A stretch of DNA of 37,858 bases from Halorarum halobium (GCF_032116555.1 NZ_CP134949.1:3286001-3323858); one strand, 5' to 3'. Counted from the stretch's first letter, positions 1-9,639 are shown. The notes: a model not told the origin generated them from the letters alone. A program made the numbers and translations.

Positions 1-1519
1 GGATCCCAACGAACACGTTCTCGAACCGGACGCCGGCGAGGTAGACGTGCTCGTCGTCCCGGTAGACGTCGCCCGGCGGGTCGTCCCACTCGTCCCGCAT
101 CTCCGCCCGAACCTCGTCGGGGAACGTCTCGAACCACTCCCCGTACTCGTCCTCGTGGATCCGGCCCGGGGCCTCCCGCATCTGCTCGCGCGTGAGGAAC
201 TGCTCGTCGTACCCGCCCCGGTCGATCAGCGTCTCCATCAGGGCGTCGCCGTCCTCCGGGATCTCGCCGGTCCGGTAGCCGGCATCCCGCAACCGTTCGA
301 GCACGTTGATGACCGACGCGGGCGTGTCCAGCCCGACGGCGTTGCCGACCCGCGCGTTGCTCGTCGGGAAGTTGGTGAGCAGGACGGCGACCTTCTTCTC
401 CTCGTTGTCCAGCCGCCCCAGCCGCGCGTACCGGTCGGCGACGTCGACGGTCGACCCAGTCCGGTCGGGAACGGGATGCTGTCGATAGACCGGGCCCGTG
501 ACGGCGTCGTCGAGTTCGACGGGTTCACGGAACGACGAGGCGTTGCCGGTTATTCGGCCGTCGAACTCCGGCATCGCGACCTTGTTCGCCGTGTCACGCG
601 GCGGCAGTCCCTCCTCGTTCGCCTCCCACTCCTCGACGGTCTCGGAGGAGTTCATCCCCTGGACGACGGGGACGTCCAGGTCGGCGAGAAAGTCGTTCGA
701 GCCGGCGTCTTTCGTGGTGCCCCGCTCGTTGCGCCGTAACGAGCCCATGTGATAGCTGAGGGTGGTGAGTATCACGTCCGGCACGGTGCCCTCGTCGTCG
801 GTCAGGTACTCGTCGACCACCGCGGGAGCCGACGCCGAGGCGGAGTCGTCCCGGTTCCGCATCGAGTAACAGAAGATCGGGAGCGGGTCGTAGCCCTCGG
901 CCCGCGCCCGCTCGATCAGGGCGTCGACCGCGTCCAGGTTCCCGCTGATCCAGTTGGCGCGATAGAAGAGGATGGCCATCACGGGGCGGTCCGAGCCGAA
1001 CGTCCGGTTCCGGAACGCGTCCAGGTCCCGCGTCGCGTCGTCGAGATCCGGGTGATAGAGCCCGTGCCAGGGCAGCTCCTCCGGGTCGTCGTACTCGTAG
1101 TCGGCGACGAGATAGCGCGCGGCGAGATACCGGAACAGGTTCTCGAAGTTGGGGACGCCGCCGTGGCTGAAGTACTCGAAGACGGTCCCCGTCTCGGCCG
1201 GGGTGGCGGTGCTCAGCGCCGTCAGTTCGGGATCCATCTCCCGGGTTCCCGGGAGCACGAGCAGCGGGACGTTCCGGTCCCGGGCCAGCTCCGAGAGGAC
1301 GTCCAGCCCGGTCTCGAAGTACTGTTTCCCGCCCAGAACCCGGACGACGATGGCCCCGGGCTCCGTCCCGAGGTCGTCCAGGAACGCCTCGAGTTCCGCC
1401 CGCGACTGGAGGTGGTCCGTCCCCGCCATCCGGACCGGCGGGAAATCGCTCGGTAGCCGTTCCAGGGCCTGCTGTGCCGTGAGAAGCTCCGTGTCCACGG
1501 ACGTGATGAAGAGTATCAT
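1..1519 (-). CDS. cobN: Cobaltochelatase CobN subunit, N-terminal part (runs off the window start; absent from the ORF track)
   Basis: Manual translation from ATG at 1519: MILFITSVDTELLTAQQAL...VRVLGG...YFSHGGVPNFENLFRYL...ILFYRANWISGN...VAMPEFDGRI...KKVAVLLTNFPTSNARVGNAVGLDTPAS. These are CobN/ChlH motifs, and the gene neighbours cbtBA. Confidence 0.92.
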   Translation of the reverse strand, partial: MILFITSVDTELLTAQQALERLPSDFPPVRMAGTDHLQSRAELEAFLDDLGTEPGAIVVRVLGGKQYFETGLDVLSELARDRNVPLLVLPGTREMDPELTALSTATPAETGTVFEYFSHGGVPNFENLFRYLAARYLVADYEYDDPEELPWHGLYHPDLDDATRDLDAFRNRTFGSDRPVMAILFYRANWISGNLDAVDALIERARAEGYDPLPIFCYSMRNRDDSASASAPAVVDEYLTDDEGTVPDVILTTLSYHMGSLRRNERGTTKDAGSNDFLADLDVPVVQGMNSSETVEEWEANEEGLPPRDTANKVAMPEFDGRITGNASSFREPVELDDAVTGPVYRQHPVPDRTGSTVDVADRYARLGRLDNEEKKVAVLLTNFPTSNARVGNAVGLDTPASVINVLERLRDAGYRTGEIPEDGDALMETLIDRGGYDEQFLTREQMREAPGRIHEDEYGEWFETFPDEVRAEMRDEWDDPPGDVYRDDEHVYLAGVRFENVFVGI

Positions 1520-1540
1520 TGGGCCGAAGCGTACTCACCG

Positions 1541-1563
1541 AAAGTTATACAACTATATTAGTT
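1541..1563. promoter_or_regulatory. Back-to-back TATA region for cobN and cbtB with short palindromes
   Basis: The 62-bp AT-rich spacer has TATA-like elements about 22-32 nt from both starts, plus AGTT-ATAC-AACT (1543-1554) and AACTA-TAT-TAGTT (1551-1563). Confidence 0.55.
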
Positions 1564-1581
1564 CTTTTGCAAGCGTAGCTT

Positions 1582-1770
1582 ATGTCCGTCGCAAACGACA
1601 CGGTCCACGACAGGATCGAACGAGCCCGGATCGAACTCTCGCCCGTCCAGCTCACGGCCGTGCTGGGCTTCGTCGCCGCGGTCGGGTTCCTCCTGCTGTT
1701 CGTCCAGGAGCCGCTCGTTCACGACTCGATGCACAACCTCAGGCACGCCGCCGGGATCACCTGTCACTGA
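1582..1770 (+). CDS. cbtB: Cobalt transporter subunit CbtB
   Basis: 62 aa, one TM helix, C-terminal HDSMHNLRHAAGITCH typical of CbtB. Confidence 0.9.
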   Translation: MSVANDTVHDRIERARIELSPVQLTAVLGFVAAVGFLLLFVQEPLVHDSMHNLRHAAGITCH

Positions 1771-1771
1771 G

Positions 1772-2977
1772 ATGTTCACGGACTACCTGACCCGCGGTGT
1801 GAAGGCGGGGCTGGTCGCCGGGATCGTCTTCGGCCTGTTCATGGCGCTGGCCGCGAACCCGCTCGTCGTCTACGCCGACGAGATGAACCACGCCGCCGGG
1901 GAGGGGGACCACGCACACGGCGAGGGCGGAACGCCCTGGGAGTGGGCCGGCTCGTACCACCTCGAACCGGGCACCTACACGTACACGTTCCAGGAGGGGC
2001 CCGACCCGGCGATGCACCTCGCTGTCCTGGGGAGCGCCCAGTCCGGACAGGAGAGCATCCACGACACGGAGGGGACGGCCGAGACGCTCTACGGCGACCA
2101 CGACGCCGCCGCCGCGGTCGGGGACGGCGGGAGCGTCCAGCCGAGCGCGGAGACGCTCTACGACCTCCAGTTCGCCGAGTCGGGCGGGACGACGGTCACC
2201 CTCGAAATCGGGGAGGCGGGCTCGTACGTCCTGTTCACCGAGCACGTCCCGTCCGAGTTCGGCGCGGCGCTCACGGACGAGAGCGGCGCGGTCGTCGAGC
2301 CGGAAGCGACCGAAGGCGCTGGCGGACACGGCGGGGAGAGCGGGCACGGGGCCGACGGCGGCCACGCCGGCGAGGCGGGCCACCACGACGCCGCCGTCTC
2401 GACGGCCGTGAACAAGACCGTCAGCGTGCTCTCCGGCGGGCTGTGGGGCGTCCTGCTCGGCGGGGCGTTCTTCGGCATCGCGTTCTACTTCCTCGAGCCC
2501 GCGATCCCGGGGACGGGCGCGACCAGGAGCTACGTGCTGGGCGCGGCCGGCTTCGTCACCGTCTCCGGCGCGCCGTGGCTGGTGCTCCCGCCGGCCGCTC
2601 CGGGCGCACGGCAGTCGCTCCCGGCCGATACCCGCCTCCTGCTGTACGGCGGGATGATGGTCGCCGGCGCGCTGGTCTGTCTGCTCTCGGGCGTCGCGTA
2701 CGACCGGGCGCGGGGCTCGAACGGCCCGGCGATCGCCGCCGTCGCCGCGCTGGTCCCGTTCGCGCTGCTCGCCGTCCCCGTCGTGCTCGCGCCGACGAAC
2801 GCCGTTCAGGGCGCGCTCCCGGCCGACCTGCGCGCGGGACTCACGGGGCTGTTCGCGTTCGGGCAGGTGCTCCTGTGGGCAGCCCTCGCCGCCGCCCACG
2901 CGCAGTTCGCACCGGCGGGCGACCCGCCGACGGACGGGGCGGCGACCGGACGGGACCCGACCGCCACGGCGGACTGA
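1772..2977 (+). CDS. cbtA: Cobalt transporter subunit CbtA with an inserted His-flanked soluble domain
   Basis: N-terminal TM (GLVAGIVFGLF...NPLV), His-rich loop, and C-terminal TMs with PWLVLPPAAPG and DTRLLLY; begins 1 nt after the cbtB stop. Confidence 0.85.
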   Translation: MFTDYLTRGVKAGLVAGIVFGLFMALAANPLVVYADEMNHAAGEGDHAHGEGGTPWEWAGSYHLEPGTYTYTFQEGPDPAMHLAVLGSAQSGQESIHDTEGTAETLYGDHDAAAAVGDGGSVQPSAETLYDLQFAESGGTTVTLEIGEAGSYVLFTEHVPSEFGAALTDESGAVVEPEATEGAGGHGGESGHGADGGHAGEAGHHDAAVSTAVNKTVSVLSGGLWGVLLGGAFFGIAFYFLEPAIPGTGATRSYVLGAAGFVTVSGAPWLVLPPAAPGARQSLPADTRLLLYGGMMVAGALVCLLSGVAYDRARGSNGPAIAAVAALVPFALLAVPVVLAPTNAVQGALPADLRAGLTGLFAFGQVLLWAALAAAHAQFAPAGDPPTDGAATGRDPTATAD

Positions 2978-3351
2978 TGCGACACAGAACCGAGGAGGTC
3001 CACGAGAACGGGTTCACGGACCACGTGCTGGTCTGTACGAACGGCCGGGACTCAGAGTACGCCAGCTGTGCGGACGCGCACGGCCCGGAGGTGTACGAGA
3101 CGGTGAAAGCGTGGTTGCGCGAGCGGGGTGTGTTCTGGTCGCGCGTCCACGTCGCGGAGACGAGCTGTCTCGGGCTGTGTAGCGAGGACGGGACCGCGAT
3201 CGCCATCCACCCGCGGAACCGGTGGTACTCGGACGTCCGCCCCGGGGAAGTCCCGGACCTGCTCGCCGACGAGTTCGGCGAGGACGCCTCGCGGCTCGGC
3301 GTGAACCGGTCCTCGGCGGGAGGCGTCACCGCGACGACCGACGCCGAGTGA
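2977..3351 (+). CDS. Thioredoxin-like [2Fe-2S] ferredoxin
   Basis: ATG overlaps the cbtA stop (TGATG). Motifs HVLVCTN...C...ETSCLGLC...AIHPRNRWY match the TRX-like ferredoxin pattern. Confidence 0.85.
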   Translation: MRHRTEEVHENGFTDHVLVCTNGRDSEYASCADAHGPEVYETVKAWLRERGVFWSRVHVAETSCLGLCSEDGTAIAIHPRNRWYSDVRPGEVPDLLADEFGEDASRLGVNRSSAGGVTATTDAE

Positions 3352-3526
3352 CGGGCGGGCCGTCGCTGCTATCGCCGTCAGCACGATCACCGTCACCTCG
3401 CCGTTTCCGCCCCGACGAGCGCCCGACGGACGGGTCGGCGCGACGCGCCGGCCGTTCTCACAGCTTTAAGCCGGCGAGGGAGTACCAGGGAGTACGTCCA
3501 GCCCGACGGACGAGGAGAGACACGGA

Positions 3527-4159
3527 ATGGACACGAACGCGAACACGGAGGAACGGATCAGGGAAGCCGCGTTTCGAGCGCTCGCGGAGCACGGCTACGC
3601 CGACCTCTCGCTCACGGACATCGGGGAGGAGCTCGGCCAGAATCCGTCGCTGATCTACCACTACTACGACAGCAAGGACGACCTGCTGGTCTCGATGCTC
3701 GAAGGCTTCACGGACGTCTTCGTGAGCCGGCAGCTAGCGGAGCCGATCACCGACGCCGAGGAGCGACTGTCCCGCCTGGTCGACCAGGTTCGCCACCCGA
3801 CCCAGTCGCGGGCGAAACGGCTCATGGCGACGCCGCCGGCCGACATGGAGACCGCGGTTGCCCGGGTCCACATCGAACTCTGGTCCCAGGCAAGCCGGGA
3901 TCCCGAGTATCGGGAGCGAGCGACTGCCGTCCGGGAACGCCTGCGTGGGGCGATCGTCGAGATACTCGAGGCGGGCGTCGAGGGGGGCGAGTTCGACGTC
4001 GACGACCCCGAGCAAACCGCCGAGCACGTGCTCGCGCTGCTTCTTCACGAACTCCACACGCGAGCGACGACGAACCGGACCGGGTCGGTCGAGCGGATCG
4101 AGTCGCTCCTGGACGAGACGATCGCCGACCTGCGAAGCGACGCGGCCGACGCGTCGTAG
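3527..4159 (+). CDS. TetR/AcrR family transcriptional regulator
   Basis: N-terminal HTH IREAAFRALAEHGYADLSLTDIGEELGQNPSLIYHYYDSKDDLL. Confidence 0.92.
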   Translation: MDTNANTEERIREAAFRALAEHGYADLSLTDIGEELGQNPSLIYHYYDSKDDLLVSMLEGFTDVFVSRQLAEPITDAEERLSRLVDQVRHPTQSRAKRLMATPPADMETAVARVHIELWSQASRDPEYRERATAVRERLRGAIVEILEAGVEGGEFDVDDPEQTAEHVLALLLHELHTRATTNRTGSVERIESLLDETIADLRSDAADAS

Positions 4160-4227
4160 GTGGAACGTTCGACCCGGAGCCGCTTCGCCGGCTGGGCCGC
4201 GAACCGAAGGCAGTGCCGACGAGTCGT

Positions 4228-4998
4228 TCAGTCGGCCGCCTGGCCGCCGTCGACCGGCAGCGTGTGGCCGGTGATGTAGGACGCGTCCGACGAACAGAGG
4301 AACGCGACCGCGCCGGCCATCTCCGTCGGGTCCGCGGTGCGTCCCATCGGCACGTCGGCCATGGCGGAGACGTCGAACGGCAGCGACCGCGGGTCGCCGC
4401 CGCCCACCGAGTTGGCCTGGATGTTCGTGTCGGTCGGCCCGGGGGCGACCGCGTTGACGCGGATTCCACGGGAGGCGTACTCGAGCGCGACCGTCTTGGT
4501 CAGGCCGACGACGCCGTGTTTGCTGGCGGAGTAACTGCCGAGCCCGCCCATGCCGACCAGGCCGGCCTCCGAGGCCGTGTTGACGATGACGCCGCTCCCC
4601 TGGGACTCCATGACCGGGAGTTCCGCCTTCATGCACGCCCAGATCCCCTTGAGGTTGATGTCGAACAGCTTGTCCCACTGCTCCTCCTCGATGTCGGTCA
4701 CCTCCGCGAAGCCGGTGAGGATCCCCGCGTTGTTGTGCGCGAACTCGAGGCTTCCGTAGGTGTCCACCGCGACGTCCACCATCGCCTCGACGGACTCGGT
4801 GTCGGCCACGTCGACCTCAACGAAGGTCGCGTCGCCGCCGTCCTCCTCGATCAGTTCGACCGTCTCGCGCCCCGTCTCCTCGACGACGTCCGCGACGACG
4901 ACGTTCGCCCCCTCCTCGGCGAAGCGTCGCGCCGACGCGCGACCGATTCCCGAGCCTGCACCCGTCACGACAGCCGTGTTTCCGTTTAATCCGTTCAT
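4228..4998 (-). CDS. Classical SDR family NAD(P)-dependent oxidoreductase
   Basis: [19 protein letters not shown] (YxxxK) and VDGG motifs. Confidence 0.95.
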   Translation of the reverse strand: MNGLNGNTAVVTGAGSGIGRASARRFAEEGANVVVADVVEETGRETVELIEEDGGDATFVEVDVADTESVEAMVDVAVDTYGSLEFAHNNAGILTGFAEVTDIEEEQWDKLFDINLKGIWACMKAELPVMESQGSGVIVNTASEAGLVGMGGLGSYSASKHGVVGLTKTVALEYASRGIRVNAVAPGPTDTNIQANSVGGGDPRSLPFDVSAMADVPMGRTADPTEMAGAVAFLCSSDASYITGHTLPVDGGQAAD

Positions 4999-5013
4999 GA
5001 CCGAACACCGTCA

Positions 5014-5033
5014 TTAATTGAACGTTTAATCAA
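5014..5033. promoter_or_regulatory. Palindromic operator-like site over the SDR promoter
   Basis: TTAATTGAACGTTTAATCAA, a 20-bp inverted repeat with 2 mismatched pairs, 16-35 nt upstream of the SDR ATG. Confidence 0.55.
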
Positions 5034-5242
5034 CTTAGCGCTTGGGATCGACCGCGGAGCAGCCGGCACACCGCTCACCCGGCCAACGATTCGGGCTGAC
5101 GCCCCGGCCGACGGCCACGTCCGACGCGGCGTCGGTCGGGCCGAGTTCGGTGTTGGCGCCGGTTCAGTAATTCGATATCGCGCCATACAGTTTACGACCG
5201 CGACCGTCGGGCTTACGTCGCCACCGACGGAATCGACCGATA

Positions 5243-5581
5243 ATGGCCGAGTTCGACCCGGAAAAGTTCGAGGACAAGTACGTCCACTACTTCGCGGAGC
5301 TCCAGCGCGCGTACAAGAACGCGTTCGAGACGATGAACGACCGCTACGACTCGCAGTTGATCCATGGCATCGACCAGCAGATCCTGAACGAGAGCGAGCC
5401 GTTCTACGACGCCGAGTCGGGGGCGTTCCGCGTCGACCTCCCCGAGAACCCGGCCGACCGGCTCACGGCGGTCGTCGTCGATGACGGGAAACTCGAGGAA
5501 ACCCTTGAGCGGTACGTCGAGGAGATCGAGTCCGAACTGTACCGGGTGTTCGACCTCGAACCGCCGTCTGGGAGCCGGTAA
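5243..5581 (+). CDS. Conserved haloarchaeal protein (DUF5783-like)
   Basis: Acidic 112-aa protein MAEFDPEKFEDKYVHYF..., recognised as the family that usually precedes the nifU-like gene. Confidence 0.8.
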   Translation: MAEFDPEKFEDKYVHYFAELQRAYKNAFETMNDRYDSQLIHGIDQQILNESEPFYDAESGAFRVDLPENPADRLTAVVVDDGKLEETLERYVEEIESELYRVFDLEPPSGSR

Positions 5582-5650
5582 CCCACGAAACTAACGGAAT
5601 CTCTCCGCCGAGCACAAGGCATAAACCGGCGTGCTCCCTACCGTTCGGTA

Positions 5651-6031
5651 ATGAGCACAGACTCTCAGGACGCCGACGACGACCTGCGCGAGCGGGTCAC
5701 GAACTTCCTGCGGCGCAACTTCCCGCAGATCCAGATGCACGGCGGCAGCGCGGCCATCCAGCACCTCGACCGCGAAAGCGGCGAGATCCACATCGCGCTC
5801 GGCGGCGCGTGCTCGGGCTGTGGCATCTCCCCGATGACGATCCAGGCGATCAAGTCGCGCATGACCAAGGAGATTCCCGAGATCACGAAGGTCCACGCGG
5901 ACACGGGCATGGGCGGCGGTGGCGACGGCGACCTCGGCGGCATGAGCCACTCGGGCGGCGCGTCCCCGTCGTTCCCGGGCGAGACCAGCGACGACGGCGA
6001 GTCCGACGAAGGCCCCCAGGCCCCGTTCTAG
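5651..6031 (+). CDS. NifU/Nfu family Fe-S cluster scaffold protein
   Basis: PQIQMHGG...LGGACSGCGISPMT CxxC motif of NifU C-terminal domains. Confidence 0.9.
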   Translation: MSTDSQDADDDLRERVTNFLRRNFPQIQMHGGSAAIQHLDRESGEIHIALGGACSGCGISPMTIQAIKSRMTKEIPEITKVHADTGMGGGGDGDLGGMSHSGGASPSFPGETSDDGESDEGPQAPF

Positions 6032-6342
6032 CGCGCGGTTCTCCTCTTCGATTTTCACGACCCCGTAGCCCCTGCTGAGCGATCGTGGTCGAACTGCCAA
6101 ACGCCGGCAGTAGCGACGCTCTGGAACCGGACTTCTGTGGCCGAGCTCTACCCGAAAACGAAGGAGTAAATCTCATTTCGCTATATCGAATTTGCCTCGA
6201 GCGGCGAACGGTCGTCCGTCCCGACGAGATTCCTCCCGCTGAAACTTCCGTTCCGGGCCCGTGTCGACCGAGGAGGCGGATTCGGTCCCGGTGGCTCACG
6301 GAGACCAGAAGACGTATTCGGCGTGGGGCGGTTTCGCCGGGT

Positions 6343-7944
6343 ATGACTCAGGAGTCGCCGGGGAACGTCCTCTTCGTCGTCCTCGATACGGTCCGGAAGG
6401 ACCGGCTCGGCCCGTACGGGTACGAGCGCGACACGACGCCCGGCCTCGACGCCTTCGCCGAGGAAGCGACGGTCTTCGAGAACGCGGTCGCGCCCGCACC
6501 CTGGACGCTCCCGGTCCACGCCTCGCTGTTCACCGGCATGTACCCGCACCGCCACGGTGCCGACCAGGAGAACCCCTACCTCGAGGGCGCGACGACGCTC
6601 GCCGAGACGCTCTCCGCGGCGGGGTACGAGACCGCCTGCTACTCCTCGAACGCCTGGATCACGCCCTACACCCACCTCACCGACGGCTTCGACGACCAGG
6701 ACAACTTCTTCGAGGTGATGCCGGGCGACTTCCTCTCGGGGCCGCTCGCGCGGGCCTGGAAGACGATGAACGACAACGAGACGCTTCGTTCCCTGGCGGA
6801 CAAGCTCGTCTCGCTCGGCAACGTTGCACACGAGTACCTCGCCTCGGGGTCGGGAGCCGACTCCAAGACGCCGGCCGTCATCGACCGGACGAAGTCGTTC
6901 GTCGACGACGCCGCGGCCGCGGACGACGACTGGTTCGCGTTCATCAACCTGATGGACGCCCACTTGCCGTACCACCCGCCCCAGGAGTACGTCGACGAGT
7001 ACGCGCCCGGGGTCGATTCGACCGCCGTCTGCCAGAACTCGAAGGAGTACAACGCCGGCGCCCGCGACATCGACGACGACGAGTGGGTCGACATCCGGAA
7101 CCTGTACGACGCCGAGATCGCCCACATCGACGACCAGCTCACCCGGCTGTTCGACTGGCTGAAGGCGACCGACCGGTGGGAGGACACCGCCGTCGTCGTC
7201 TGTGCGGACCACGGCGAACTCCTCGGCGAGCACGACCTCTACGGCCACGAGTTCGCCCTTTACGACCAGCTCGTCAACGTCCCGCTGCTGGTGAAACACC
7301 CCGACCTCGACGGCGGCCGCCGCGAGGACACGGTCGAACTCCTCGACTGCTATCACACCGTGCTCGACGCGCTCGACGTCGATGGCGGCGAGCCGGCCGC
7401 CGCCGACGAGGAGGCGGTTCCCCTCGACCGGACCCGCTCGCTGCTCTCCGATTCGTACCGCCTGTTTGCGGATTCGAGCGACCCGGACCCCGGACAGGCC
7501 GCATCGCCCGACGGGACCCACGGCTTCGTCGAGTACTCGCGACCCGTCGTGGAGCTGAACCAGTTGGAGGAGAAGGCGACGTCGGCCGGCATCGAACTGC
7601 CGGAGGACTCACGGTTCTACAGCCGGATGCGCGCGGCCCGGAGCACCGCGGCGAAGTACGTCCGCATCGACCGGATCCCGGACGAGGCGTACCGGCTCGA
7701 CGAGGACCCGGGCGAGACGAGGAACGTCGCAAGCGAGCCCGAGCGCGCATCCGAGAGCCGGCCGGAGGCCGACGAACCCGACGACGCGGCGGTCGAGGCC
7801 GCGGAAACGGCGCTCGGCGCGTTCGAGTCGGAGGCCGGCGGCGCGTGGACCGACGCCGCCGAGGGCGAGGTCAGCGACGACTCGCTCGCCGACATGGAGG
7901 AGGAGGCCACCGAACGGCTCCGCGACCTGGGCTACGTCGAGTAA
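6343..7944 (+). CDS. Sulfatase-like alkaline-phosphatase superfamily hydrolase/transferase
   Basis: NVLFVVLDTVRKD, APWTLPVHASLFTG, DAHLPY, ADHGE and C-terminal ERLRDLGY motifs. Start set at MTQESPGN (6343). Confidence 0.85.
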   Translation: MTQESPGNVLFVVLDTVRKDRLGPYGYERDTTPGLDAFAEEATVFENAVAPAPWTLPVHASLFTGMYPHRHGADQENPYLEGATTLAETLSAAGYETACYSSNAWITPYTHLTDGFDDQDNFFEVMPGDFLSGPLARAWKTMNDNETLRSLADKLVSLGNVAHEYLASGSGADSKTPAVIDRTKSFVDDAAAADDDWFAFINLMDAHLPYHPPQEYVDEYAPGVDSTAVCQNSKEYNAGARDIDDDEWVDIRNLYDAEIAHIDDQLTRLFDWLKATDRWEDTAVVVCADHGELLGEHDLYGHEFALYDQLVNVPLLVKHPDLDGGRREDTVELLDCYHTVLDALDVDGGEPAAADEEAVPLDRTRSLLSDSYRLFADSSDPDPGQAASPDGTHGFVEYSRPVVELNQLEEKATSAGIELPEDSRFYSRMRAARSTAAKYVRIDRIPDEAYRLDEDPGETRNVASEPERASESRPEADEPDDAAVEAAETALGAFESEAGGAWTDAAEGEVSDDSLADMEEEATERLRDLGYVE

Positions 7945-8065
7945 CGCTACGAGGAGTCGTCGGAGCGATTCTGCCGACCATACAGCGATTTTTCTCGTTC
8001 GTTCCATACGGCTGAAGCTGCCATACTGCGAAACGATTCGGAGAGACGTTTCGCCGCTGCCGGCG

Positions 8066-8983
8066 TCAGGAGGAGTCGGCGGGTCGCAGGTCCCGTTCGG
8101 CCTCCCAGGTACGCACGAGCGCGGCGAGCGTCCGGTTCGTCGGCACCGACACGCCGGCGGCGTCGCCGCGTGCGAGAACGGCCCCGTTGATGGCGTCGAC
8201 CTCGGTCCGCCGGCCGGCGTCGACGTCCTGGGACATCGAGGAGCGGTTGGCAGCCGTCTCGTCGACGACCGCACGGAGCGCCGCGACGGCGTCGTCGTCC
8301 CCGAGGTCGACCCCCTCCGCCCGGGCGGCGCGGGCCGTCTCGCGGGCCGCCCGTTCGGCGAGATCGCCGGCCGGCGGTTCGGCGAGCGCCCCGTTTCGAA
8401 CGCGGGCCAGCGCGGTGACGGCGTTGATGCCGGCGTTCACGGCCAGTTTCTCGAAGCGCCGGCGGGCCATCGCGGGGTCGGCCTCGCAGTCGAGGCCGGC
8501 CGCGCGAAACGCCGCGGCGACGCGCTCGGCCCGGTCGCTCGCGCCGCCGTCGAGTTCGCCGACGTGGATCCGCCCGACGCCGGTACAGCGGACGTGACCG
8601 GGCTCGACGAGTTCCGCGCCGTAGGTCGCGGTGCCGGCGAGCACGCGGTCGTCCAGTTCCGCGCGGAGCTCCTCCTCGGTCAGGCCGTTCTGGAGCGAGC
8701 AGACGAGGTCGACGTCCACGTCGGGGGCGGCGAGCGCGGCGGCCGCCGCGGACGTGTCGTATGATTTCACCGTGACGAGCGCGAGGTCCGCGTCGACCGT
8801 CCCGAGGTCGGTTCCCGCGTCCGGGCGGACCGTGGCATCGAGTTCGCCGGAGAGCCGGAGGCCGCGGTCGCGGATCCGGGCGACGTGTGGGTTGCGCCCG
8901 ACGAGCGTGACCGCGTGTTCGCGGGCGAGCGCGCCGCCGACGAGGCTCCCGAGCGCGCCGGCGCCGAACACGACGATGTCCAT
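8066..8983 (-). CDS. panE: Ketopantoate reductase (2-dehydropantoate 2-reductase)
   Basis: GAGALG, VTVKSYD, SLQNG, KLAVNAGIN and SSMSQD...RRTEVDAING motifs. Confidence 0.92.
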   Translation of the reverse strand: MDIVVFGAGALGSLVGGALAREHAVTLVGRNPHVARIRDRGLRLSGELDATVRPDAGTDLGTVDADLALVTVKSYDTSAAAAALAAPDVDVDLVCSLQNGLTEEELRAELDDRVLAGTATYGAELVEPGHVRCTGVGRIHVGELDGGASDRAERVAAAFRAAGLDCEADPAMARRRFEKLAVNAGINAVTALARVRNGALAEPPAGDLAERAARETARAARAEGVDLGDDDAVAALRAVVDETAANRSSMSQDVDAGRRTEVDAINGAVLARGDAAGVSVPTNRTLAALVRTWEAERDLRPADSS

Positions 8984-9080
8984 GCCACGGGATGGCGCGT
9001 GGGCGAAAAGAACGGTTCGGTCCGCGGGCGGTGCGTGGTCGCCCCCGGATCTCTCCGATTCGGTCCGCAGTGTGCCGGTT

Positions 9081-9374
9081 TCAGTCCTCGGTCCAGTAGT
9101 AGATGTGTTCGCGCGGGGCGCCGCAGTTCGGGCACTCGACGGGCAGGTCGTCGTCGATCTCGCCCATCTCGCCGCAGTCGCTACAGCGCCACATCAGTTC
9201 GCCCTCGCCGAACTCGTGGCCGGCGCGCTCGTGTTCGATCGACAGCGACTCGATGCCGTCGCGGGTCGTCACGTAGAAGCCGTCCTCGTCGAAGCCGCGA
9301 ACGGTGCCGAGTGAGCGGCCCGATTCGGTGTAGACGGTCTGCCCGACGCCGACGCTCGGTTGCTCGTCGCTCAT
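9081..9374 (-). CDS. Small rubredoxin-like/CPxCG zinc-finger protein
   Basis: WRCSDCGEMG...CPNCGAPRE...YYWTED; start set at MSDEQPS. Confidence 0.8.
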   Translation of the reverse strand: MSDEQPSVGVGQTVYTESGRSLGTVRGFDEDGFYVTTRDGIESLSIEHERAGHEFGEGELMWRCSDCGEMGEIDDDLPVECPNCGAPREHIYYWTED

Positions 9375-9462
9375 GCGCATTGGTACCACGGCGGGGCGAT
9401 TAAATCCGCCGGCGAATCGGTCGTCTTGCAACTCTGAAATCGAGGTTCTAGTGCGTACGCTT

Positions 9463-9639
9463 CTACGGCCTGAGGATGGTAACGTACGCTAAGAACCCCG
9501 CCAACAGCGCCACGATAAACGCGATTACGTTAGCTCCGATTCCGACGCTAATTGGGAGGCTGCTTGTGAGGACTAACCACGTTACCAGCACGAGTAGCGC
9601 TGTGAGCAGTCCGATTATTTGGGCAGCGAGTCTAACCAC
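9463..9639 (-). CDS. 58-aa two-TM small membrane protein (not in ORF track)
   Basis: GTG start preceded by an SD-like GAGGTG; translation MVRLAAQIIGLLTALLVLVTWLVLTSSLPISVGIGANVIAFIVALLAGFLAYVTILRP. Confidence 0.6.
   Translation of the reverse strand: MVRLAAQIIGLLTALLVLVTWLVLTSSLPISVGIGANVIAFIVALLAGFLAYVTILRP

Noticed and set aside
594..1538. 314-aa minus-strand ORF in the track
   Set aside because: Wrong frame; the real gene is cobN in another minus frame starting at 1519.
4995..5186. 63-aa minus-strand ORF upstream of the SDR gene
   Set aside because: Basic, Arg/Pro-rich and runs through the SDR promoter; unlikely to be coding.
6085..6342. Long N-terminal extension of the sulfatase-like ORF, or an sRNA in the spacer
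   Set aside because: The extension is Arg-rich and non-halophilic; no convincing structure or promoter-terminator pair for an RNA.
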